From NCBI RefSeq assembly GCF_018350175.1, contig NC_058380.1:74586001-74650000 (forward strand): DNA of 64,000 nt. Reading direction: 5' to 3'. The notes under the pieces are model-generated. The model was given only the letters and a program-made list of their open reading frames with translations, did not search any database and was not told where the DNA came from. The DNA is from Felis catus. Its lineage: Eukaryota. This document shows positions 23,600 through 35,059 of this stretch, in pieces. The position numbers and the translations under genes are program-made. Position 1 is the stretch's first letter. Each line of letters begins with the position of its first letter.

Positions 23600-26500
23600 C
23601 CAAATTGGAACTAATTTTAAAAATGATCTAGAAAAAGAAATAAGGGCTCTATTATCCTTCCCATCAGCCCCCCTTTTCCATGCAATACACGAAGAAATTT
23701 GCATCCTTGCAATCGTAGTTTGCCAGCCATTTCAGATACCACATGGGAGTGAAAGAGTAACTGCTTTGGAGGCAGACAGACCCGAATTTGAATCCTGCTG
23801 TCAACACTGATTAACAATATGATCTCAAACAATATGATCTTTCCTCTCTGAGCTCTGGTGTCCTCATTTGTAAAATGGGAATAATAACATCCCTAGCCTC
23901 AGATAACTCCCAGGTTTGAGATGAGGATCAAAACAGAAAATGCAGGAGTCAGGGCAAAGAACACATGGAAAATGAAGGAATCACCACTCATGTGTGTGAA
24001 CGTAAAGCTCAGGAGCAAAACAAACTAAGTCCTTGGCTTAGTCCTTACATTTTAGTTTCCAGAAAACCTTTTCTGATATGGTATTGACTCACCTCAGAGT
24101 CTTCTGATTGGGTTTTTGTAGCTACATAGTCCCCACAGACAGAGAGCTTCATGTAACCAGTTTTACGTCTTAGAATCTGTGCGTGTGTGAGATTGTACTT
24201 GTGAATGAAGAATTGTGCGTCCGTGTGGGTGTAACAGAAGACAGCTCCAGCAGTGGGGGAGGGTAGGAACAGATGTGTTTTGTGTGTCTACATGTGTCCG
24301 TGGCATGGTGCTATTTGCACACGTGTATGTGGTCATGTGGGTGTAGCTGTGTCATTGCTGAACAGGTCTTTGAGCAGGTCTGTGATAACAGTGACCTCAT
24401 TAGAGCCCAGACTGCCAGGCTCTTTTTATTCCTAAGCCATACTATCTAACGTCCCCTGGAAGGCTTCTTGAGGACAGAGATCCTGTCTTTGAATGACTGA
24501 ATCTATTGTTTCTCCATTGTCTGCTTCCTAATTCTGTTAATGGCACCATGACTGCTTCCCCTATTACCAGGCTTGAAACTCACTGCTTTCTTCTTCTGTA
24601 AACTCAAGCTGCCACTTCTATTTTGAAGCTTTTCTCATTTATGCCTCCCCTCCAGGCCTTAGCATGCTGTTCTCCTGGATTCTCCCGTGAGCCTCTTAGC
24701 TGGTCCTTTTGCATCTTGGTTCTCCTCTTCTTGAAATCACCTCCTTGCTTGCTCTCAGAGTGCTCTTTCTAAAGCATCACTGTATTGAGACACAATTCTG
24801 TTCATACATCTTCAGTGGCTCCCCATGGTCTTTAAGACATAGGCACAAATACTTATCTTGGCATTCAAGGTTCCAGTTGACCACCCCATTCTTGTTACCT
24901 GCTCTTTACTCCTCTCCAAGTCCTCTGTGCTCCAGCCATGAGAGGCAACCACAGTGAATGACTCAAAGGGCCTGAGAAATGCAGTAAGTGTAGCCACCAT
25001 CTGTTGAGTGACTAGTGGCACTGACCTATGCTTAGCCCTTCACACACATTATCTCCTTCTGCTTTGCAAAGTCTCCTAAGGTAGATGTTATTCATGTCCT
25101 TATTTGAAAATGGGGCTTAAGTAACTTGTTCAATGTCCCACACCTGGAAAGTGGAGACATAGGATTTTAAACCAGGCCAATCAATTCCAGAATCCCTAGC
25201 CCTAGGCAATTGTACCTTCCCACTTCCGGACAAGCTCCCTCTCTGGTGAGGTGGATGGATAAGTACCAGCAGTTCTGTGCACTGTGAGAATAGGGGAAGC
25301 ACAGAGTTCAGAAAACAGGAACCTGGCCCAGGAGTGGGGGAATCAGGGGAAATTACCTCTGAAATGAGTCTTACAGGTCCCACAGGTATTAGCCAGGTGA
25401 TAAAAAGTAATGGCTATTCCAGAAGAGGCCAACAGCTTGTGGGAGAGTAAGGAGGCCCAGCAGAGCATGGGAGCAGCTGCGAAACTACAAGGATTTTTGC
25501 TGCCAAATGAACCCATTATATACATTTAGCATAGGGGTGTGAGTAGAGTGGCTTTGGAAGACCTAAACCCAATTGATGTGACTACTTGTCCAACATAATA
25601 ACTTCGATGGGCTAGGGTGGGGGAGCAGAGAAGCAGCCTAGAAAGGAGCTCATTCTGTAGCCTGTTTCCTTATTTGCTGTTGTCAGAGCTGGTAAAGAAT
25701 CCGTCTCTGACGAGGCAGAAAACTGAAGGTGAACTCAAAGAGAACTGGGGAGAGTGCGGTCGCATCCTCTTGTGTACAAAATGATACTGCCCTGGCTGGT
25801 CTTCTGCTTCATTTAGTTCTCTGCTGAGAAATCTCCTTGAACATCTGCCTATTTTTGTCTAAGCAGACGCTCCGCCAAGAGATTGGAACATTCCTTTTGG
25901 CTCAGAGTCTCGCTGCCATTAGTCTGTATCTGTGATGTGAACACATTTCCTTATGGGCTCTGCTGGATTTCTATAACCTAGGCACATGTTTATTCTCATA
26001 TATGGTTGGACGTGTATGGGTTTCAGTGGCCTGGAATCCGCTATACATCTGGAGCCTGTGACAGTGCTGGTTGGCAGATGTTGAAGACCTCAACAGTCCA
26101 AGAGTCCCCAAGAACATCAGCTGGGACTCTCTTTCCAAGAACAGCACCTAAAGCCTTCCGTTGCTGCTTCTCTTAAGAGTGACTCTATCATGGGAGAAAG
26201 CTTTTTGTGATGGGAAGCAGGAATGAATGAAGAGAAGATTTGAGACAAAGAACTAGTAGCTTATTTGGGAAAAGGTTTGTGCATCTGAGCTGGTTCCATG
26301 CCAGATCTCAGGATGGCCGCTGACAACACCAGGCCAATACAATTCCCAAGTGTCCTCCGGCCCGATTCATCTCCATTGCTTCTGGGTTACTCTGCGGGCA
26401 CCAAGGAGACATTAGCTCCTGAGGGGTGCAGCATTATCTTCCAAATCTGAATAGTCACAGAGTCCAAGAGCATCCCTGGGAAATGTGATTTATTCTCTCA

Positions 26501-27424
26501 TAAATGCCTTCTCACACCACTGGCTGAGAACCAAGACCCCATTGCTTTCTCTTCCTAAGCATTTATCACTCCCTGAAGTGATATTGTTATTTGTGTGCTA
26601 ATTGCTTTTTGCTCTCTAGAGCAATTCAAGCTGCCTGTGGGCAATGACTCGCTCCATCTGTCTCTCGCTTACCACCAGATTCCTGGTGCCTCAGACAGTG
26701 CCTGGCACTTCCGCTGGATTATCCAAAGGGCAAAATATGCTGTTGCTCAGATGTCAGAAAGATAGGAAGAAAATAGAGCCAAGAGATGAAGCAAGGTTTA
26801 GCTTCAGTGACTTTAGCCTGAGTTTTGCAATCCAAAAAACTAAGAAAGAGACCTTTTTTATTTTAGAACACATGCCACGTTTTGAGTTTTTGTTTAAATA
26901 AAAAACAATTCAAGAGTTGGATGGCCATCATCTTTTAGTACTGGAGCCTCCAAAGGTTTTCATCCCAGGCTCTGCTGGCAGCATAGTCATGGCTCCAGAA
27001 ATGTTTGTTGATGGTTGTGAGTTTTGGCCAGGAGTCAGAGGCAGAAAAGGAAAATGTGTCTGCCCATGGGGATTCGTATTAGTGGAATGTGGGGCTCCTG
27101 TGGCCACCAGCATTTATGAGCCCGAGCAAAGTAAGCTGGCACTTTTAACCCCTTAGTTCCTATAGGTCAGGGGATTTTCCTCCTCATTTGATTTTCTTTC
27201 TCTCACTTTTTTTTTCTTTGTATGCTGAATCCCTGACACAAAATAACCATGACCTATTGCTATAAGCATATTTGGAATTACTCTAATACTCCAACCAGGG
27301 AAGAAAGAAGGATGGAGGAAGACTACTATCTAGTTGGGTGCTCTGGGGTGTGAGGTCCTGTATTGGTGTTTATGTGTGTTTCTTGTCTACCGCTCCAGTT
27401 ATTCTCAAAGAAGGGCATTACCTT

Positions 27425-27642
27425 TCTTAAAAGATTTTAAAAAAATGTTTATTTATTTTTGAGGGAGAGATAGAGTGCGAGTAGGGGAGGGGCAGAGAGA
27501 GAGGGAGACACAGAATCCGAAGCAGGCTCCAGGCTCTGAGCTGTCAGTGCAGAGCCCAATGCAGAGCTCGAACTCACAAACTGTAAGATCATGACCTGGG
27601 CTGAAGTTGGATGCTCAACCGACTGAGCCACCCAGGCACCCC
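27425..27642 (-). mobile_element. CAN-SINE in intron 1 (tandem pair, left copy)
   Basis: Typical body; flanked by GGCATTA(C/T)CTT target copies. Confidence 0.94.
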
Positions 27643-27655
27643 AGGGCATTATCTT

Positions 27656-27880
27656 TTTTTTTTTTTAATTTTTTTAACGTTTATTTTTATTTTTGAGACA
27701 GAGAGAGACAGAGCATGAATGGGGGAGGGTCAGAGAGAGAGGGAGACACAGAATCTGAAGCAGTCTCCAGGTTCTGAGCTGTCAGCACAGAGCCTGACAC
27801 GGGACTTGAACTCACGGACCATGAGATCATGACCTGAGCCAAAGTCAGACACTGAACTGACTGAGCCACCCAGGTGCCCT
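27656..27880 (-). mobile_element. CAN-SINE in intron 1 (tandem pair, right copy)
   Basis: Typical body; flanked by GGCATTA(T/C)CTT target copies. Confidence 0.94.
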
Positions 27881-30800
27881 GGCATTACCTTTTTATAGCC
27901 TATGTAAGCCAAACGTCAAAGAGTAAATGGAGTCTGGGATCTGAACTTGTAGACCAAGTGCAGACCCTGGCATGTATCAGGAGCCCCCTAAACATTAGCT
28001 GAGTATACACCATGGACAATCAAACCTGAAGATAGATGGTCTTTGAGACTCTCTTACTGGTATTTCCCCAGAAAAATCCCTTGAGTGTGTTTTAACTAAT
28101 GACCCATTTAGCCTTTCTCCTGTGTCCCATACTGACTGTCTTGTATACTCATAAACAGGAAGAGATATCCATTGCTTGCCGTCATAAATGCCTCAATTGC
28201 AAAAACACATAAACGTTCTATGACCCATAGCATCCTCCCAGGACTTCTAGGAGAAATATACAGACAGTTGTCTCCTTCTCTTTTGCTTTTGTTTCTCTCT
28301 GTACTTGCACGGGAATAAATCCAACCTGGAGAGTGTTTTATTCCAAGGCTATTTCAATTCATTATCCTCCAAGGCACACTGGTCAGGGCTTTACACACAA
28401 CATTCAGAGTGGCTCACAGATAAGAATGTGGTGTGTGCAGCCAAGCAAATGTGGAAATCTCAGCTCTAGTGTTTCCTAGCGGTCTGATTTTGGTATGTCA
28501 CCTAACCTCAGTGAGACCCAGTGTCCCCATCCATGAAGGCAGGCAATAATTCTTTCCTCCCAGAAGCATCGTGATGCCTAAGAAAGACCACACACATAAA
28601 GTGGATATCCAATTCATCTTCCTTCTTTCTTTGGGCTCAGTTAAAGTTTGTGTACATCTTATTGGTTCTGCATAACTTCCTTTGGGTTTTATTGCTTCAG
28701 TGATACACAGAAGCTAGCCTTGTGTCTCTTTACGACCAGTGGCAGATTTGAACCCTTTAGGACCTCTGGAAGGCCTCCTCCTTCTCCCAGCAGAAGAGGC
28801 TTCCTCTCCTCCATCTACAACTGTCTTCTGGACTTCTGCCTCTTCCTGCGCAAAGGGCTTGAGGGAAAGGAATGTACTTCCCCCATGTTTCAAAACCCAC
28901 GCTTGTTACTGCCATGGGTGGCTGGGCCTCATTAAGGAGACCCGGCTTGGAGATGACCTGTTACAGCTGGACAGTGTGTGGTCTGTCAGGTGAGGACACG
29001 GGAGCTCACAGTGCTGGGCATGGAGTGATGTGTGTGTTTATTTCAACAGGTCAACAAATGGATCCTGGAGTCACCAGTTCCGGGGCTGCTGTGTCTATTT
29101 GGGGTTCGCACCGTGGCTGGTTCCCCCTCCTTTTCTGTGGTCTCTCTGCCTGACACCGACAGCCTGACCTTGGGCGTGAGTTGGGCTTCTCTTCCAGGTT
29201 TGCCAGGACTTGCTGAGGCCACAGGAGAGGCAGGGCCACTGAACGCTCTGTGTGTTGCAATTTCCAAAGCACTTTTATCTCAACCATCTGTTTGTTTTCT
29301 CTAGACAACACTGAAAAGGGATTGTCATTACTGCCCTCATTTCCAACGAGGAAGCAGCCCGAGTGAGACAGAAGGCTCACCCTCAAGGTGGAGAGAGCAG
29401 GGGCATTGTGTCTGTTGAACATCAGGCAATAGCTTCCCAACATCCTCTTGCTGAATTCTCACTTCAGAGCTATAAAACAAGTGTGTTTGCCTCCCCACAT
29501 TATAGACAGGGAGTGGATGACTTAGGGAGGCTGGGGACCTTGTGCATCCTTTCCTCTCTCTCTACCCAGCTAACCCTTTGTGAGTGCCTTCTGTGTGCCA
29601 GGTACAGCTAGAAGCCCCCAGAGGAAGGAGGGGATTGGCATTTATTGAGCATTTACTATGTGACAGGTACTTTTTAGGGAATCCTTGTCAAATCCTCCTG
29701 ACCATGCCACGAAGTGAATGATTTGCTGCGTTTACACCGCAGGCAGAAGAGCGTAGTGCTTAGAAGGAACGTATATGGTGAATCTGAATCCCAATGGTCA
29801 CGTGGCTTAGATTTTCTAGGCCTCAGTTTCATCGTCTCTAAAATGGAGATAACAGTAGCACTCTCTTTCCTTGTTGTGCGGTTTCAAGGACTAACTGAGA
29901 TGATGCATCTAGTAATAATAGCAAATGTGTCATACATGGATACATGCCAGACCCCAGGCTAAGGGCTTGATAGGCATGATCTCATTTACTCTTCTCAGAG
30001 CCTTAGGTTTGAAGAAGCTTAGAATGGTGTTTGGTACATGATCAGTTATTAGAGGGTCACAGATGTAATGTGGTGGAGCCATGGCATTCCCTCAAACCTG
30101 TGCAACTCTGAGGCCTCAGTCGGCATCACTGTGGGGTCCTGTGGGTCTGGATGGAGACCAGGGCTGGGGTGTGTCTCAGGGGCAGGCGTGGGGTGGGGGG
30201 GGAGAGGCGAGCAGGGAACAAGGGCTAGGAGTCTTGCAGGGGTTTTCAGAAAGGGGTGGAAGGGAGGTTGTAAGGAAGCAAGAAGAAAGTAGGGAGAGTG
30301 TGTGGGGATTCCAGAAGAGGACCTGGAGGGGAAGGACAGAGATAGGGCCGTGGTTCAGTCCAAAGAAGCAATGCTGCTAATGACATCCCTGACAATTTTT
30401 CGCACAGTTCTGTGTGCCCACCGTGCGCCGGGCTGGGGCTGAGCCAGCATGGCACATTCTGCCATGCCTGGAGTCCAGACCCTGTATGTGCCAGAGCAGT
30501 GGCTGGGGAAGATGGAGGCCTGGCCTCAGGGCCCCTGTGGGCCAGCGTGGGGGCTCACAGACCCAGCCTGAGGGCAATCGAGGCCACTAAGGGCCCCAAG
30601 AAAGCCTGGGCTGTGGTCCAGGGCAGCTGACAAAGAACGGATTGGAGTGTGGGTTGTGGGTGCAAGGCCAGGGTGGAGGAGGCAGGGAGATAGCTCACAA
30701 AACGTCAGAGAACAAGAAAGTTCCTCCAGGGTCAAAACCCACTCTCTGGCCTGGTGATTCCAGAGCGGGAGGAGAAGTTGCCCTGTCTGATGTAATTTCC

Positions 30801-31344
30801 ATGAACAGGAAGTTCCCTGGTCATAATAATAATAATTGCTACCAATTGCTAATCTCCCACCTCCTGCCACACAGCTTAAATACTTTATTTCTAAGTATCC
30901 CATGTCACACATAAAGAGCCTGAGGCCCAGGGAGGTTAGGTAACATGGCTAAGAAGTATCTAGGCAAGAATTTAAACTGAGTTTTTCCCAGATACCTGGC
31001 ATCTTCCAGGAGTCTAACGACCCTAAAACATTTTACTATCTCTCTGGGTTTTGTTTTACATGTAACATACACATTTTGTACAAAAAGGGTATAAGTTTAA
31101 AAATGCTTCTCTCTTGCCCCACCACCCAGTTCCCCAAGCTAGATGTGGGCAGAGCTACCAATCTCTTGTCCTTTTCCTGAGAGGTTCTATACATTTATAA
31201 AAACATTCATAGAGATGAATACATATATTTCCTGAAAATGAACGTCCCCCATTCTATGTACCATTAGGTACCTTTTTTTCCCCTCCCAATTAATGATATA
31301 TCTTGGAGAAATTCTCCATCCTTACATCTAGAGATGTCTCATTT

Positions 31345-31540
31345 TGTTTTTTAAATTTTTTTAAATGTGTATTTATTTTTGAGGGGGGCGGGAGGGGCAG
31401 AGAGAGAGGGAGACCCAGAATCCAAAGCAGGCTCCAGCCTTTGGGTTGTCAGTACAGAGCCCGACACGGGGCTTGAACCCACAAACCTTGAGACCATGGC
31501 CTGAGTCAGAGGCTCAACCGACTGAGTCAGCCAGGTGCCC
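31345..31540 (-). mobile_element. CAN-SINE in intron 1
   Basis: Typical body; imperfect TSD GAGATGT(C/T)TC. Confidence 0.92.
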
Positions 31541-32094
31541 TGAGATGTTTCTTTTTTTTTAAAAACAGTGGCCACTACAGATTTTCCCTGCATGGAGGTG
31601 CCAGGATGTATACAACTGATGCCATATTTATGGACACTTCCCCTACAGGTGGTTATAAATCTTTTCAAATCTGATTTTGATCTCTGCTCTGCAAACCTAC
31701 CTGGGGTAAGGATTTTGTCACCTTGAATCTTTCCTTACATGACCCCTGAAGGGAGAGTCCAGTTTAAAATACATATATTTTACCAGTTTTGGTAACTGTC
31801 TTTGTTGCTATTTCCTACACCAGTTGCTAGTAGCGGCGGGGTGTCTGGCAGAGTGTGAGGATGGCAATCACAGTAACGGTGTGTGGGTCTCCCTACATTC
31901 CCGCACTCATCTTATCGGTGCTGCCAGAGGGTTGACATGTGAATCCTCTTTTGGTAGAAAAGGAAACAAGTTCAAAGAAATGAAACCACATTCCTGTTCT
32001 TACCCAGCCAGAGGTGGGTGAGCTGGAATTCAAACTCAGATGTCTACGAGCCATGACATAGGTTCTGCCCACTCAAGCTCTCCCTGGTGACCTA

Positions 32095-32606
32095 GTTTTC
32101 CCTCCTGAATCCTATTTTCCATGTTTTCTGAACTGTTTATTCTCCATTAACCCAGTGGGATCCACTCTTTGCCCTTCTTGGACCTGCCCTGTGTCCTGTG
32201 AGGCTGTCTTCCGGGCGCTCTTGCTTCCTGGCTCTTTTGAGCCTGATTTCCAGTGGGATGAGAAGCAGGGAGCAGAGAGTGACCAGTTCTCCTGCCCTTT
32301 TTCCTGTTCCCTCCCTGCTGTCTGGCAAGCAGGCAGGCTCCACTTAGCCCTCAGCGCCTCCAGCCAGCCCTCTCCTATGTTTTCATTCTCCCTGGGTCCC
32401 CCTAAAACTGCTCCCTCCCTTTGCTCTTTCAGGCCAAGAGGTGATGACCAGCCTCCCGCTGTTGCTAACCTCACGATGCTTCCAGCTCTTCTGCATTTCG
32501 GCAACGAGACTCTTCTTTGAACCTTTCCAAACCCTTTAAGCATTCTTCTTTAAACTCTCTTGTTTGACTGGGCCGGGTGTTTCTTTTCAAGACTCTGATT
32601 GCTACA
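32095..32606 (+). mobile_element. LTR33-like (ERVL) solo LTR in intron 1
   Basis: CTCCCGCTGTTGCTAACC...CTTTAAACTCTC...GACTCTGATTGCTACA 3' end resembles LTR33 (recalled); the 5' boundary is approximate. Confidence 0.5.
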
Positions 32607-34386
32607 TGTGCCCCAGCCTCACCCCTGTTTCCCTTTCTCTTCTTCTGACGCACCAAGAAGTTGGATAGCCTGGCCAAACCACAGCGCTAACCGTCTCTGC
32701 ATGTCTGCTCTCCAGGGAGATTGGTTTAAGCATCACAGAATGCAATATTAACCTTTTCTTTCTTGAGTACCTATGATAGGGCAGGCACTCATGCCTTCTC
32801 TTGTGGGCTTCCCTGTGTAGCGACAGCTCATATCTCAAGCTCTTTTCCTGATGGAGCAAGTTACCAGCCCTGTGGACCGTGGCATTCGGCCACCAAGGGC
32901 TGGTGGTTGGCTTCCCACGGTTGCTAACCCCAAGGTGCTTCCAGAGCCCGATGATCTTCTAGATCAACAAAAGTGTTCTTTGGCATCTGCCGAAATAGGG
33001 GATCTCAAGACATCATTTTAGGCAGAGGCATTGTTTCCTTACAGATCCCAGGAGAGTTCAGGTTTTTGGAGGTCTCTCAATGCCTCATTCCAGAACAACT
33101 GTCTCATTCCAGGACAACTGTCTCTTTCTGGCTAAGGAAGGACAGAATCCCAGAACACTGACGAGATGCCCTGGTTTGGCTCCATAGGAAGCTTAGGGGG
33201 TTAGGTGGCTTAGGGGTCACAGCCTGACTTCCCATGCCTTGAATTTCTTCTCTAACATGAACACCATTTCCAGGTTATCTGCGTATTTCTATGTTTTCTG
33301 AATGATGATATGTGGCTGTGGACCCTGCTGCCTGAATCAAGATCTGTTTGCTGACTCTGAGGGGGTGGTGAGAGTTACATATTAGCCATGGCTTGGTCTC
33401 TCCTGGTGTTCCTGCTGTGAAGCCAGCCAGCATTGCTTAGAAGACACACTTCCAGTTAAATCAATTAAAAAGCCTGTTTTCTTCTCTGGCATATAATACC
33501 TTTGACTGAAATGAAATCAGTCATGACAGATTTGCAGGAGTATTTTTTTTTTTTTATAAAAGGGTATTATTTGAATGACATTTTCTTTGGTCTTTAAGGT
33601 TTTTGATGTTCCTAGTCCAGAGTTGTAAGTTTCCCCTTGAGACCTGTACCCACCCCACTTGGCACCAATGTTCTCCCTACATCTTACATTCATTTTTGAC
33701 TAAGCTCCTCTACCCTGAGCCCCCAGCAAGGTGTGAGAGATAGACAACAAGGCAAGAGGTTCTTTCTGGAGCACTGAGAAAGAATATTTCTAAACCCAGG
33801 AAAGGGGGTTGGTTAGATTATAGCACAGACATATCATATACAGGAACATAATGCAATCATCTATATCATCATACTGCTGTGAATTTACTAACAATAAATA
33901 AAATCATAACATATTTGGAGACTCAAAATAATCTCATCTTGTTACAAAATACAGAATTCTATACCCCAAAATATCAATAGTGGTCACTTCGATGTGGTTA
34001 TGGGTAATGATAATTATCATCTTTTCCTCATCTGTGTTTTCTAACTTTCTTCAATGACATATGTTAGTTATATAATTTAAGGAGGTTTTTTTTTTTAAGA
34101 AAAGGAATATTCCCAAATAGTCATAGTACACTATGATTGTAATTATCTAGAACTATGTTATTGGAGGTTGTTCCCATATAAACATAGAGAGGACAATTCA
34201 TCTCCTGGAATCATTGAGGATAAACACCAGATTGGACCTCTCTGCCCTTCCCATGGTGTTTCCTTAGCATGGGGAAGCAGGGAGCTTGGTGGGTCAAAGG
34301 AGTCTGTCCACAGCTGCAGCAGCTGCCAGGTGCCTGTAGCAGGTCAGTGGGCCCCTGGCTCAGGGCTCAGGGGAGAGACTGCTTAC

Positions 34387-34608
34387 CTGGAACACACAGG
34401 TGTCTCCTCTGGCCCGGAGCTGGCCCACAAGCAGGTAGGTGGTGAGTCCTGCCAGGATGGGGAGTGACAGCAGGCAGCAGGTGAGAGCCCAGCTTGCTCT
34501 GCTCTTGGCTGCTAACCTGGCTCTGGCCTTGGGGGTGCAGCTGCCTTCCTCCGGCAGCATTTCCACGCTGGCTGTTTCCCTGAAGCCCAGCCCCAGATTC
34601 TCTGCCAT
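34387..34608 (-). CDS. TNFSF15: TNFSF15 (TL1A) exon 1 coding part: cytoplasmic tail and transmembrane helix, 74 codons
   Basis: ATG at 34608-34606 in strong context GGGAGCATGG; translates [24 protein letters not shown]...[35 protein letters not shown], matching the TL1A N-terminus; donor CAG|GTAAGC at 34387/34386 (phase 0). Confidence 0.97.
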
Positions 34609-34809
34609 GCTCCCGCTGGTCCTGGAGACAGCTCTGACTCCCCCTGGGCAGAGAGACCCCCCATTAAATAGAAGACAGGCTCTCACAGTGGGTGCATTAA
34701 TCACTGCCTACTCCACCCCCTGGCCTCTCCCCTCCCCCTTCCACAACACACTGGGCCCCGCCTGGCTAGGGAATGCACCGCCTACAACAGAAACCAAATC
34801 TGGTTTAAG

Positions 34810-34853
34810 AAAAAAAAGAAGAAGAAGAAGAAGAAGAAGAAGAAGAAGAAGAA
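34810..34853. repeat. A8 + (GAA)12 microsatellite in the TNFSF15 core promoter/5' leader
   Basis: Direct count: A8 at 34810-34817, 12 GAA units at 34818-34853. Confidence 0.97.
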
Positions 34854-34869
34854 AGCTTTCCCAAGCATA

Positions 34870-34877
34870 TTTATATA
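34870..34877 (-). promoter_or_regulatory. TATA box (TATATAAA) of TNFSF15
   Basis: Minus strand CTGTATATAAATATGC, ~265 nt upstream of the ATG and ~45 nt downstream of an exact NF-kB site. Confidence 0.6.
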
Positions 34878-34921
34878 CAGTGTGCTCATGTGCTTCTTCC
34901 TTCGTTTACAGAAGGAAGTGA

Positions 34922-34931
34922 GGAAAGTCCC
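34922..34931 (-). promoter_or_regulatory. Canonical NF-kB site GGGACTTTCC
   Basis: Exact Ig-kappa/HIV-type kB decamer in the proximal promoter; TL1A is an established NF-kB (TNF/IL-1) inducible gene. Confidence 0.8.
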
Positions 34932-34964
34932 TGGAGGAGGAGAAAAAGAATCCATCAAGACAGT

Positions 34965-34973
34965 GGGCGGGGC
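34965..34973 (+). promoter_or_regulatory. GC box (SP/KLF) GGGCGGGGC
   Basis: Exact motif in the proximal promoter; a second GGCGGGG is on the minus strand at 34756-34762. Confidence 0.45.
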
Positions 34974-35044
34974 AAATTAAAATATAGCTGTTCCCAGCGC
35001 TGGAGACCTTCCAGCCATGCCAGTCTGGGGAGTGTGCCGCTTCT

Positions 35045-35059
35045 GGAAGTGAAAGTGAA
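35045..35059 (+). promoter_or_regulatory. ETS-IRF composite / IRF-PRDM1 element GGAAGTGAAAGTGAA
   Basis: GGAAnnGAAA (EICE) overlapping AAGTGAAAGTG. Confidence 0.5.

Noticed and set aside
27171-27180. Intron 1 kB-consensus GGGATTTTCC
   Set aside because: A single match to a degenerate consensus expected many times by chance, with no supporting motif cluster.
34360-34704. ORF-track call of a 114-aa protein starting at 34704
   Set aside because: The start is a GTG; the homologous strong-context ATG is at 34608, and the ORF runs past the donor at 34387 into the intron.
34439-34921. 160-aa plus-strand ORF with a poly-Arg run, antisense to exon 1
   Set aside because: The Arg run is simply the (GAA)12 repeat, and the frame stays open because it shadows GC-rich exon 1; no family resemblance.
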